64,000 bases of DNA, taken from NCBI GenBank assembly GCA_965267575.1, contig OZ254086.1:2208001-2272000 (forward strand), given 5' to 3'. The notes beneath the pieces are model-generated. The model was not told the origin of the DNA. It did not search any database and was given only the letters and a program-made list of their open reading frames with translations. Positions 30,340-40,076 of this stretch are shown piece after piece. Every line of letters begins with the position of its first letter. Position 1 is the first letter of the stretch. The translations under genes were made by a program, and so were the position numbers. The stretch comes from Calditrichales bacterium (GTDB lineage Bacteria; Calditrichota; Calditrichia; Calditrichales; J004).

Positions 30340-32355
30340 ATGGCTGTTAAGAAAAAACTGGCAGGTTTGGACAAAAAAAAGCTTCTGGCCTTGCACAAAA
30401 ATATGGTAATGTCGCGCATGCTTGATGACAAGATGCTCATCCTATTGAAACAGGGTAAAGGCTTTTTCCATATTGGCGGATCGGGGCACGAAGCGATTCA
30501 AACAGCGGCAGCATTTGCCATGAAACCCGGTTATGATTACGCCTATCCCTATTACCGCGATCTTGCCTTTTGCCTGCAATTTGGTGTGACCGCTACGGAA
30601 ATCATGGAACTGTTTATGGCGCGCGCCAGTGACCCCAGCAGCGGCGGCAGGCAGATGTCCAACCACTACGGGCATCGTAAACACAACATTGTTTCACAAT
30701 CCAGCCCGACGGGAACGCAGTACCTGCAGGCCGTTGGTTGTGCCATGGGCGCCAGGAAATCGGGCAGCGATGATATTGTATATGTCTCTTCCGGCGAAGG
30801 CACAACGGCGCAGGGAGATTTTCATGAAGCACTGAACTGGGCCACGCGTGACAAGCTGCCGGTTATTTTCATGGTGGAAAACAACCAGTATGCGATTTCC
30901 GTGCATGTTTCCAAACAGGTGGCCGGATCATCGGTTTATAAAATAGGTGCCGGTTACGAGGGGCTGGAACGATTTGTCGTTAACGGTACTGATTTCTTCG
31001 AGAGCTATGAAGTGATGCAGAGAGCGGTTGAGCATACCCGCTCCGGCAAAGGCGCCGTCCTGGTGGAAGCCAACACCGTCCGCTTGCTGCCACACTCCTC
31101 TTCCGATTCCCATAAAAAATACCGCAGCGCTGAAGAGTTGGAAGATGACTTGCGCCGCGATCCAATCCCTCTGTTTGAAGAGATGCTGATCAAAGAGAAG
31201 ATAGTGCAGCGCGACGAGCTCGATGAAATGAAAAAGGCGTACAAAAAAGAGGTGGATCAGGCGGCGGATGATGCCGAGGAAAAACCGCAGCCGGAGCCGG
31301 ATACGCTGTATACCCACCTGTTGGCTGAAGAAGATGAACTGGAGTATGAAGCATCCGAGCCGTCCGGTGAAAAGATCGTTATGGTGGACGCAATTAACCA
31401 TGCCTTGAAAGAGGAGATGGAGCGCAACGAGCACATGTATGTCTTCGGGCAGGATGTGGCCGACGGCAAGGGCGGCGTATTTACCGCCACCCAGGGTATT
31501 TCATCCATGTTTGGTGAAGAGCGCTGCTTTAACGCGCCGCTGGCGGAATCAAGTATTGTCGGCGTGGGTATCGGTATGGCTGTACGCGGCCTGAAACCGG
31601 TGGTGGAGATCCAGTTTGGCGATTATATCTGGACGGCGATGATGCAGATCCGCAATGAGCTGGCCACCATGCGCTGGCGTTCCAACGGCAACTGGGCCGC
31701 GCCCATGGTTATCCGCGTGCCGGTGGGCGGCTATATCCACGGCGGTTTGTGTCATTCGCAAAATATAGAAAGCTTTTTTGCCCATTTGCCGGGCATCAAG
31801 ATCGCTTACCCCAGTAATGCCATCGATGCAAAGGGGCTGTTGAAAACGGCAATTCGCGGAAACGATCCGGTGCTCTTCCTGGAGCACAAGGGGCTTTACC
31901 GCCAAAGCTATGCCGCCCGCCCCGAACCCGGTGCCGATTACCTGCTGCCGTTTGGCAAGGCCCGCGTCGTGCAGGAAGGTGACGATCTGACCGTGGTAAC
32001 CTGGGGCGCCCTGGTGCAAAAAGTGAGCGAAGCCAGCCGCCAGCTTGCGGCGGAGGGTATCAGTGTGGAGATTATCGATATCCGCACAATCAATCCGCTG
32101 GACACGGAAACGATCATGGAATCGGTGAAGAAAACCAGCAAGGTGCTGGTAGCGCATGAAGATACGCGTTTCCAGGGTTTTGGCGGAGAGATCGCTTCGC
32201 ATATTGCGGAGTTTGCCTTTGAATATCTCGATGGTCCTGTGCGCCGTCTGGCCGGCAGCGATACACCGGTGCCGTTTAGCGCGCCCATGGAAGAGGTGGC
32301 TTTGCCGCAGACACCGGGCATCAAGCAGGCTATCATGGATTTGGCGGCATACTAG
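30340..32355 (+). CDS. 2-oxoacid dehydrogenase E1, fused alpha/beta (branched-chain-type likely)
   Basis: GHEA, YYRD, GEG..G..HE..N TPP motif, HSSSD, EIQFGDY, HSQ. Confidence 0.93.
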   Translation: MAVKKKLAGLDKKKLLALHKNMVMSRMLDDKMLILLKQGKGFFHIGGSGHEAIQTAAAFAMKPGYDYAYPYYRDLAFCLQFGVTATEIMELFMARASDPSSGGRQMSNHYGHRKHNIVSQSSPTGTQYLQAVGCAMGARKSGSDDIVYVSSGEGTTAQGDFHEALNWATRDKLPVIFMVENNQYAISVHVSKQVAGSSVYKIGAGYEGLERFVVNGTDFFESYEVMQRAVEHTRSGKGAVLVEANTVRLLPHSSSDSHKKYRSAEELEDDLRRDPIPLFEEMLIKEKIVQRDELDEMKKAYKKEVDQAADDAEEKPQPEPDTLYTHLLAEEDELEYEASEPSGEKIVMVDAINHALKEEMERNEHMYVFGQDVADGKGGVFTATQGISSMFGEERCFNAPLAESSIVGVGIGMAVRGLKPVVEIQFGDYIWTAMMQIRNELATMRWRSNGNWAAPMVIRVPVGGYIHGGLCHSQNIESFFAHLPGIKIAYPSNAIDAKGLLKTAIRGNDPVLFLEHKGLYRQSYAARPEPGADYLLPFGKARVVQEGDDLTVVTWGALVQKVSEASRQLAAEGISVEIIDIRTINPLDTETIMESVKKTSKVLVAHEDTRFQGFGGEIASHIAEFAFEYLDGPVRRLAGSDTPVPFSAPMEEVALPQTPGIKQAIMDLAAY

Positions 32356-32359
32356 GGGA

Positions 32360-32465
32360 TAAATTCCAAAAATTTAAAAATCAAATATCAAATAAAATCA
32401 CAAAAAAACAATGGATTGTAGCCATTGAAATTGTTTGTTACTTGCAATTTGTCAATTGTGATTTC
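32360..32465. repeat. Degenerate AT-rich inverted repeat with ~7-nt periodicity
   Basis: A-rich arm (AAATTCC..TCAAATATCAAATAAAATCACAA) faces a T-rich arm (TTGAAATTGTTTGTTACTTGCAATTTGTCAATTGTGATTT). Confidence 0.55.
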
Positions 32466-32483
32466 TAAAGCGTGAGGCTGACT

Positions 32484-33758
32484 ATGAAATTTGAAATGGT
32501 GATGCCCAAAATGGGCGAATCGATTACCGACGGTACGATCTTGAAATGGCTGAAAAAAGAGGGCGATGAGGTTGAAAAGGACGAGATCATCCTCGAGATA
32601 AGCACAGACAAGGTGGATTCCGAAATACCCGCGCCGGTAAAAGGCACGATCGCTTCTTTTGTGGCGCAGGAGGGTGACACCATTGAAGTGGGGCAGCCGA
32701 TCGCCATTATTGAGACCGACGCCAAACAGGCTGCCAAAGCCGAACAGGCTCAGGAAGTAACCGAAGAGGCCCCTGAAGAAGCGCCGGCGCCCGAACCGCA
32801 GCCGCAAAAAGCGCCCGCTCCACAGTCTGCTCAGCCGGAAAAGAAGGCCTCTGCCAAAGGACGCTTTTATTCGCCGGTGGTGATGAATATTGCACGGGAT
32901 AATGATATTACCATGGATGAGCTGGACGATGTGCCCGGCAGCGGTTTGAACGGGCGCGTAACCAAAAAAGACATTCTGGCCTATATTGAAAAACGCGGCG
33001 AGAAAGCGGCGCCTTCCGTTGCCGCGGCCGCGCCCATGCAGCCGGCGGGCTTCAAAGCCGGTGAAGGCATCGAAGTGATCGAGATGGACCATGTGCGCAA
33101 ATCCATTGCCAGGCATATGGTGCAGTCCAAACAGACATCGGCGCACGTCAGCCTCTACGCGGAAGTGGATATGCGCAACATCAGCCTTATCCGCGATCGC
33201 CACAAGAAAGCGTTTAAGCAGCGCGAAGGATACAGCCTGACATACATGCCGTTTATCGCCGAAGCCACAATACGGGCCCTGAAAGAATTCCCCATGGTTA
33301 ACGCCTCCATAGACGGCGAAAAAATCCTGGTGAAGCATTTTGTTAACCTGGGCATCGCCGTGGCGGTGGATTACGGTCTGATCGTTCCTAATATTTTCAA
33401 TGCCGATGAGCGCAATCTCTTGGGTCTGGCACGCGCCATAAATGATATTGCCGTTCGGGCCCGTGACAAAAAACTCAAGCCGGACGAGATCAGCAACGGT
33501 ACATTTTCGATTTCTAATTTTGGCGTTTATGGCACCACCATCGGCTTCCCCATTATTAATCAGCCTCAGGTAGCTATTCTTGGCGTCGGCGCTATTAAGA
33601 AAAGGCCGGTTGTTATAGACGACGCTATCGCTATCCGGCCGATACTCTATTTGTCGCTGACCATCGATCACCGCCTGATAGACGGGGCCATGGGTGCGCG
33701 CTTCCTGCAACGGATCGGGCAGCTGCTGGAAGAATACGATCCGGAAATGTCGTTATAG
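32484..33758 (+). CDS. Dihydrolipoamide acyltransferase E2
   Basis: Lipoyl domain STDKVD, E3-binding GSG..GRVTK.D, catalytic DHRLIDG. Confidence 0.96.
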   Translation: MKFEMVMPKMGESITDGTILKWLKKEGDEVEKDEIILEISTDKVDSEIPAPVKGTIASFVAQEGDTIEVGQPIAIIETDAKQAAKAEQAQEVTEEAPEEAPAPEPQPQKAPAPQSAQPEKKASAKGRFYSPVVMNIARDNDITMDELDDVPGSGLNGRVTKKDILAYIEKRGEKAAPSVAAAAPMQPAGFKAGEGIEVIEMDHVRKSIARHMVQSKQTSAHVSLYAEVDMRNISLIRDRHKKAFKQREGYSLTYMPFIAEATIRALKEFPMVNASIDGEKILVKHFVNLGIAVAVDYGLIVPNIFNADERNLLGLARAINDIAVRARDKKLKPDEISNGTFSISNFGVYGTTIGFPIINQPQVAILGVGAIKKRPVVIDDAIAIRPILYLSLTIDHRLIDGAMGARFLQRIGQLLEEYDPEMSL

Positions 33759-33884
33759 AATGAAATCGGCCTGCGGCGAAAGAATGCGGCAGGCCCATAT
33801 ATCTCTTCTCCCGCTTAAAGCAAGACCTTATAACGCCGTGATATCAGGGATGTATGGCAAGAAAAAGCTTAAAGGAGCCGTGTT

Positions 33885-34976
33885 ATGAATAAGCTGGCGT
33901 TACACTCCATGCACGAACAATATGGAGCGCAGTTTACGGACATCCGCGGATGGCTGACACCCACGCAGTACCAGCCCGTCGGTGATGAATTACACGCCGT
34001 AAAGAATAATGTGGCTTTGCTGGACCGCAGCTATCTCGGCAAGGTGCTGGTCAAAGGCGTGGATGCCGTTGATCTGATCAACCGTATCTCCACCAATGAT
34101 ATGACACAGCTTATCATGGGCGTTATGTGCGATACGGTTTTCTGCACGCCAAAAGGTCGCATTTTTGACTACTGCCGTGTTATCCTAAGGGCCAAAGACG
34201 AGCTGCTCCTCGTATCTAGTTATATTGGCAACAAGCATCTGATGGATTGGATTAACCGCTTTATTATCCTCGAAGACGCCACTGTGTTGGACGTAAGCGC
34301 GGACTATGTCTGGTTGACGCTGATCGGACCGGAGGCGCTGGCCTTTTTGCGTAACATTGGCGGCAATGACGCCGTGGCCGAGGACGAGACGATCTGGCTG
34401 GAACACGGCGAAGAGCGTTTTGCAGCACTGCTTAACAAGAATTTTATGGTTCCCGCCTACAATTTTTACCTGCCCAAAGAATCAGCTTCTGCGATTGCGC
34501 AGTGGCTCACCGAAAACCTGCATGCTTTTGGCGGCAGCCTGCTGGGTGATCACGCCTTTCAGATTTTGCGCGTGGAAAGCGGCATGCCCGACTGGGGCAC
34601 GGAGCTGACCGAAGATTACAATCCGCACGAAGCGCGTTTGCTGCATGCCGTCAGTTTTACCAAGGGCTGCTATACCGGCCAGGAAGTAATCGCCCGCCTG
34701 GACACCTACGAGAAAGTGCAGAAGTACCTGATGATCTGTGACTTTGACGAGCAGCTGTTTTCGCAGCCGCCCATGACGCTTTATTTTGAAGATGAGAAAG
34801 TAGGAGTGCTGACAAGTTACGCTTACGATCCGTTGAGCGAACGCAGCATCGGTTTGGGCTATGTCAAAAAGAATTATGTGCTGGCCGGCCGTGATATAAA
34901 GCTTAACGTGATCGTAGACGGCAGGCCCGTTGCCTGTGGCTTGCGGCGCCCGGCAAACACCCAGGAGCCTTCCTGA
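33885..34976 (+). CDS. YgfZ/GcvT-family folate-binding protein
   Basis: KGCYTGQE signature; GcvT-like N-terminus. Confidence 0.88.
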   Translation: MNKLALHSMHEQYGAQFTDIRGWLTPTQYQPVGDELHAVKNNVALLDRSYLGKVLVKGVDAVDLINRISTNDMTQLIMGVMCDTVFCTPKGRIFDYCRVILRAKDELLLVSSYIGNKHLMDWINRFIILEDATVLDVSADYVWLTLIGPEALAFLRNIGGNDAVAEDETIWLEHGEERFAALLNKNFMVPAYNFYLPKESASAIAQWLTENLHAFGGSLLGDHAFQILRVESGMPDWGTELTEDYNPHEARLLHAVSFTKGCYTGQEVIARLDTYEKVQKYLMICDFDEQLFSQPPMTLYFEDEKVGVLTSYAYDPLSERSIGLGYVKKNYVLAGRDIKLNVIVDGRPVACGLRRPANTQEPS

Positions 34977-34979
34977 AAT

Positions 34980-35369
34980 ATGTCCTTTTTTAAAAAACAT
35001 TTCTCCCTAAACGAAGCACGGCAGCTTTTGCCCGTCGTAAAGCCGCTTTTACAAAAAATCCGTGAAGATGCCATTGCCCTCGAAGAAATGGGCTTTGACC
35101 TGGCCCGCGGGAAATACAAACCCGGATTTCATCCCGATACCAGCGTGGAATTCCCCGCAGAATACCGCCGCCTGAGCCGTAATATCCGCAAAGTGACCGA
35201 TAAAGGGATTCAGATAAAAGGCCTCTTACACGGGCTGATAGATTTTCCCGCTTTGCGTGATAATGGTGAAGAAGTGTTGTTATGCTGGAAGCTTGACGAA
35301 GAGGATATCGAGTTTTGGCACGGCCTGGATGACGGTTTTCGCGGTCGACGCCATATTGATGAGTTTTAG
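34980..35369 (+). CDS. DUF2203-like protein
   Basis: FSLNEA..LLP, GLIDFP, LCWK..E..I.FWH...GF.GR. Confidence 0.85.
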   Translation: MSFFKKHFSLNEARQLLPVVKPLLQKIREDAIALEEMGFDLARGKYKPGFHPDTSVEFPAEYRRLSRNIRKVTDKGIQIKGLLHGLIDFPALRDNGEEVLLCWKLDEEDIEFWHGLDDGFRGRRHIDEF

Positions 35370-36268
35370 CCTTTGCCGCCTCTTTCTTTCACGCGGATGG
35401 CTGAGTTTTCCATGATCGAAAGCGTGGAATAAGCCAGTTCCAGCTGAGGATCCTTTTTTATGCCTTCCAGAATCTGTGTTAGTAACTTGTCTTTTGTCGT
35501 CCGCCTCATCTTGTAATCCACCACGTAGCGCAGGGTTATTTCAACATAATTTTCATTTGCGTCGATTGTAACCATCGGTTCAACGCGGGCCTGCTCCACA
35601 CGGAATTTTGTGCTGATTGTTTTCCATTCAGTGCGCGCGTCCCGGGTGAAACCGGCACAGAGTTCCCCGGCCGTCGCCGCAAAAAGCTCCTTTGCCCTGG
35701 CTATATCGGAATCATGGGTGATGTGCAGTGTTATTTCGTCCCACAGGAAATGGAAATCACCCGAATAGTTGAGCACCGGCTCTTTGAAAACAAAACTGTT
35801 GGCGATGCGCACGACGCGGCCGTTGTAGAGATCGCCGCTAACCCAGCCGCCCGTCTCCATCAACGTTGTCCGCAAAACCCCGATATCGATCACGTCGCCT
35901 TTTATGCCGCCAAGCTGCACGCGATGGCCCACCTTGTAAAACCTGCCAAAAATAATTGCTATCCAGCCGGCAATGCTGACAATAACTTCCTGCAAGGCGA
36001 AAGCGATACCTGCGCCGGCCACGCCCAGCGCTACCGTGAGTCCCCCAAGTTTATCGCTGAAAATAATTGAAACTGCTACAACCGTAAGCAAAAAACCGGC
36101 AAAGTTGATAGCCTTGCGCATATAGTAGTGTGTGGCGGAATCTTCGCTAAAACGGCCAACCGCGCGGATAAGCAGGCGGCTGAATGCGAAAAGAAGGAGG
36201 ATTACAATCAGCGTTATAAGCAGTTTCTGAATGACCGGACTGGCCCAAAGATTTGTAAGGATTTCCAT
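35366..36268 (-). CDS. MscS-family mechanosensitive channel
   Basis: GAGIAFALQ, GDVIDIG..T; start moved to ATG 36268. Confidence 0.92.
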   Translation of the reverse strand: MEILTNLWASPVIQKLLITLIVILLLFAFSRLLIRAVGRFSEDSATHYYMRKAINFAGFLLTVVAVSIIFSDKLGGLTVALGVAGAGIAFALQEVIVSIAGWIAIIFGRFYKVGHRVQLGGIKGDVIDIGVLRTTLMETGGWVSGDLYNGRVVRIANSFVFKEPVLNYSGDFHFLWDEITLHITHDSDIARAKELFAATAGELCAGFTRDARTEWKTISTKFRVEQARVEPMVTIDANENYVEITLRYVVDYKMRRTTKDKLLTQILEGIKKDPQLELAYSTLSIMENSAIRVKERGGKG

Positions 36269-36275
36269 TTTGTTC

Positions 36276-37340
36276 CTATATCCACTCTTTGCGCCGGAAG
36301 TAATAGAGCATACCGCCGATCGCCACCAGGCAGATGCCCCAGAAGACAAAGTAGCCGTAATGCCATCTAAGTTCAGGCAGGTATTCGAAATTCATGCCGT
36401 AGATACCGGCCAAAAAAGTAAGAGGTATAAAGATCGTACCAATGATGGTAAGGACTTTCATGATTTCGTTCATGCGCAGGCTGACGATAGACAGGTATGA
36501 ATGCATCAGCGTTTCGAATTTTTCGCGTTCGCCGTCGACACCTTCCGCTACCTGCTGGATGTGATCTTCCAGGTCTTTCAGGAAAGGCAAAGTGGTTTCG
36601 GCGATGATTTCCGGTGATTCGGTCAGCAGCGTGGTTGTGGCAAAACGCAGCGGCCAGATCGCTTTGCGAAAGGATATGAGCTGGCCCTTGAGGATGTGAA
36701 TTTGCTCCAGCTTAGTCTTGTCCGGACTCAGGCGGATACTGTCATCCAGTTCATCGATCTCGTCGGTCAGGTTTTCCAGTACCTGCAGGTAATGATCGAC
36801 GATGAGGTCAAACAAGGCATAGAAGAGATAGTCGCTGCCGCTGGTACGCGGCCGGCTCTGCGGGCGGGCGATGCGCTCGCGGATGGGATCAAAAATATCA
36901 CCGGGCTTTTCCTGAAACGTGATAATGAGATTGCGCCGGCAGAAGATCGACATGTGCTCGAAGTCGAGTGTTTTTTCCGGTTCTTCCCAGGTTACCATTT
37001 TCAGAATCAGTGATACCCATTCGGCATGCGCCTCTATCTTGGGCCGCTGGTTAATATTAAGAACATCCTCAAGCTGCAGGTAAGGCACTTTCATCTTTTC
37101 GCCGATTTGGCGCAACAGTTCTTCGTTATGCAGCCCCTCAATATTTATCCAGGTGATGCAATCATCGCGGAATGGGATATCCTGCAGCGTTTCGGCTTTC
37201 CCGCGCTGCAACTCATTCTCACCGTACATAAAGTAGTCTATGGCCACGCTTTCGTCGGTTTTGTCTCCCGTGTAAACAAGCGTGCCCGGTGGCAGCCCCA
37301 GCTTTGATTTGCGCTGCCTTCTTCTTTTCTTTTTAGCCAT
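36276..37340 (-). CDS. corA: Magnesium/cobalt transporter CorA
   Basis: GLPPGTL, QRPK, PLTFLAGIYGMNF. Confidence 0.96.
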   Translation of the reverse strand: MAKKKRRRQRKSKLGLPPGTLVYTGDKTDESVAIDYFMYGENELQRGKAETLQDIPFRDDCITWINIEGLHNEELLRQIGEKMKVPYLQLEDVLNINQRPKIEAHAEWVSLILKMVTWEEPEKTLDFEHMSIFCRRNLIITFQEKPGDIFDPIRERIARPQSRPRTSGSDYLFYALFDLIVDHYLQVLENLTDEIDELDDSIRLSPDKTKLEQIHILKGQLISFRKAIWPLRFATTTLLTESPEIIAETTLPFLKDLEDHIQQVAEGVDGEREKFETLMHSYLSIVSLRMNEIMKVLTIIGTIFIPLTFLAGIYGMNFEYLPELRWHYGYFVFWGICLVAIGGMLYYFRRKEWI

Positions 37341-37481
37341 CAGGTTTCCTGCTCTTGCTTTTTGCGTGCTTTAAACATCGGGAAAAGTATGCCGTCCGTC
37401 AGATTTGCTGGATACGCCGGGATTGAGAGCCGGCAGCAGAAAAATACAAGCATAGAAGCCAGACCAGAGCAGCAGCATAAA

Positions 37482-38333
37482 TCAGGACTGCCTTTCCTGC
37501 TCGACGATCTTAACCGGCATAGGCGCGGTGGCTGTGCCCGTATATAACGAAACGTGCGGGAAGGGGATCTCGATGCCTTCCGCATCAAAGCGTTTTTTAA
37601 CTTCAAGGGTAATGCCGTTTTTTACCTGCAGCCAGTCTTCCTTGGCGGCCCAGACCAGGTAGAGCAGATCAATGCCCGAGGCGCCGAAAGTGTTGAGGAT
37701 TATCAGCGGCGCGGGATCATTGAGGCAAAGAGGATTATCGCGGGCGATTTCCATCAAAACGCGTTGCACTTTTTCCAGGTCTTCCTTGTAGGCCACGCTG
37801 ATGGTCAGGTCTACGCGGCGGATGGGAAAACGGGTAATATTGATCACTTCGCTTTTCACCAGGGTTTCGTTGGGGATACGGACAAAGCGGTTGTCAAAGG
37901 TGCGCATTTTTACGGACATGGTATCTATGGAAAGCACAATACCGGTGAAATTACCCACGGTGATCACGTCGTTTACCTCAAAGGGTTTTTCGGCAATCAG
38001 GAACAAGCCGCTTATTACGTTGGACATGCTGGTCTGCGAGGCAAAACCGATGGCAATGCCGAGGATGCCCGCCGCGCCAAGCAGCGTTGAAAATTTAAAG
38101 CCGAACTCATTCAACACGGACATCAGTACGATGGCAAAAATGAGGTAGAATACAATCTTGCCAAAAACCATGCCCTGCTGTGCGCTGAATTTCTTGGTGC
38201 CATACGTGCGTATCCAGCGGCTGAAGGCGTAGGCAATAGGCAGGCCCACGGCCACAACGATTAATGAACGCAGGATGCTTCCCCACATCTCCGGGGAGAT
38301 CAGGTTTTTGAGATCAGGCAGAAAACCTTCCAT
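37482..38333 (-). CDS. MscS-family mechanosensitive channel
   Basis: GIAIGFASQ..SN.ISG, IPN, GIEIPFP. Confidence 0.94.
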   Translation of the reverse strand: MEGFLPDLKNLISPEMWGSILRSLIVVAVGLPIAYAFSRWIRTYGTKKFSAQQGMVFGKIVFYLIFAIVLMSVLNEFGFKFSTLLGAAGILGIAIGFASQTSMSNVISGLFLIAEKPFEVNDVITVGNFTGIVLSIDTMSVKMRTFDNRFVRIPNETLVKSEVINITRFPIRRVDLTISVAYKEDLEKVQRVLMEIARDNPLCLNDPAPLIILNTFGASGIDLLYLVWAAKEDWLQVKNGITLEVKKRFDAEGIEIPFPHVSLYTGTATAPMPVKIVEQERQS

Positions 38334-38345
38334 ACATACTCCTAA

Positions 38346-39119
38346 TTAAATAAGTCTTCCCGGCAAATCCAGCAGGCCCGAAAAGGAGATAGCGGCAATG
38401 CGCCGTTTCAGTTTTTCGCGCGGGCCGCTTATTAGTTTGGCCTGTTTGGCTTCCGCGGGCGGCTGGCCCTTCACGGTCAGTTCACTTACACTCTCCTTGC
38501 CGCTGTACTCGATGTTCATGCGGTCGCTCCATAGCTGTGTCCCGTCGTAAAAAAGCGAAAGGTAATAGACGCGGAAACAGATCTTTTCCACATGCAGGTC
38601 AATGCTGGAGCGGTTTTCCAGTTGCAGCGGGCAGATTGCGGCGTGGGCCAGGTAGTGTTCGCCGGTTATTTCGCGCAACGCCGTGGACGATTTCCAGTAG
38701 CATAACTCGCCCTCCATCGGTGTACCGAACCAGGTTTTGGATAGCGTGACAAACGGCTGATCGGTCAAGGTGGTCTCGTTTTTGGTTGTGCGTAATTGCA
38801 GCCACAGCGGTACGCGCACATAAAAGGAAGCCGTTGCGCCCGGGCGCAGAAAAAACGGATTTTCCGGCGAAACAATCAGTGCCAGATTTGGCATAGCCGG
38901 TTTGATGTCCAATGTGATCGAGCTGCCTTTTTCCGCCCAGCGCTGCCAGCCTTCTTCCGGCAGCAGCTCTTCGAAAGGCTGACCTTCCTGCTTCATGCGG
39001 CAAACCAGACGCAGCTCTCGTTCCTTGTAAACCGCGTTAATGCGGCAAATGTCATTCAGCGCCCATTCAAACGGGCTGTTTTCCTGCAGTTTAAATTCGC
39101 CCCAGATCTTGTCAGCCAT
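38346..39119 (-). CDS. Hypothetical protein, DUF432-like
   Basis: FYVRVP and LSKTWFGTPMEGELCY motif; sits between two mscS genes. Confidence 0.6.
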   Translation of the reverse strand: MADKIWGEFKLQENSPFEWALNDICRINAVYKERELRLVCRMKQEGQPFEELLPEEGWQRWAEKGSSITLDIKPAMPNLALIVSPENPFFLRPGATASFYVRVPLWLQLRTTKNETTLTDQPFVTLSKTWFGTPMEGELCYWKSSTALREITGEHYLAHAAICPLQLENRSSIDLHVEKICFRVYYLSLFYDGTQLWSDRMNIEYSGKESVSELTVKGQPPAEAKQAKLISGPREKLKRRIAAISFSGLLDLPGRLI

Positions 39120-40074
39120 TTACTGTTGCCTCGTGTATGCTTTTAAAATAGCCCATATCTTCTTTACTAACGATGTTTTTGCTTATGAATTCGCGCATCA
39201 CTGTCTCGGTCATTTCGCTCATAAAAGGAAATTCAAAGCGGATATCCAGCACATACGCCTTAAGACGCATTTTTAAAACCGAACGTCCCTGCGAAATCTC
39301 GTTTTTAAAGATCACCACTATCGGCTTGTTGAGATAGGCGTAGCGCGATACCGCCGCTGCCCGCAACGCGATCTTGCGCGCCCGCTGCGTGTCCACATCA
39401 GGCGGCAGGAAAAACTCGGCTACCACCTGGCAGTTGGATTCTCCGGCGTTGGCGTTGGAAACGGACTGGTTTACGATTTCGCCATTGGGAATGGAAACCA
39501 GCGAGTCGTCCGGCGTAACAATTCGCACCGTGCGCAAGCCGATACGCTGCACCTCCCCGTAATGGCCGCCCACATCGATCTTGTCGCCCACCTGAAAGGG
39601 ACGGTCCAGCAGGATCATGATGCCGCCGAAGATGTTTTTCAGGATATCCTGCGCGGCAAATCCGATGGCGATACCGGCCGACGCGGTAAAGGCCAGCAGC
39701 GTTTCAATCGGCGGAGCAAATATTTTTGTGATAATAAAAAATATGCTTGCCGTCCAGCCGCTGATGCGCAAAATGGGGATAATGCCCTTGATGGTAATGC
39801 GCAGGTTGGCCCACTTTTCCGACACCGCTTCCAAAACGCGCGACAAGTTGTGCAGCACAAACAGCGTTACGGCGATCGTGATTATGGCCCAGAACACCTT
39901 GCTGACCGTTACCGACCATTCCACGTCCGGGGTGCTGTCCTTCAGGGCGCTTACAATGTTTTCCCCCGTGCTTCCCGTGCCCGGCGGTACGGTTTCCTGT
40001 TGGGCGGATAAAATAGCCGGCCCGACAAATAACAGACTGTTGAATAGACTATAAAATGCGCGTTTCATAGGCAC
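39112..40074 (-). CDS. MscS-family mechanosensitive channel with N-terminal signal-like extension
   Basis: GIAIGFAAQD, PFQVGD, IGLR..IPN. Confidence 0.93.
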   Translation of the reverse strand: MPMKRAFYSLFNSLLFVGPAILSAQQETVPPGTGSTGENIVSALKDSTPDVEWSVTVSKVFWAIITIAVTLFVLHNLSRVLEAVSEKWANLRITIKGIIPILRISGWTASIFFIITKIFAPPIETLLAFTASAGIAIGFAAQDILKNIFGGIMILLDRPFQVGDKIDVGGHYGEVQRIGLRTVRIVTPDDSLVSIPNGEIVNQSVSNANAGESNCQVVAEFFLPPDVDTQRARKIALRAAAVSRYAYLNKPIVVIFKNEISQGRSVLKMRLKAYVLDIRFEFPFMSEMTETVMREFISKNIVSKEDMGYFKSIHEATVNG

Positions 40075-40076
40075 TC

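Noticed and set aside
33768-33795. Terminator after E2 (GGCCTGC/GCAGGCC)
   Set aside because: A hairpin is present but has no U-tract on either strand, so function is unsupported.
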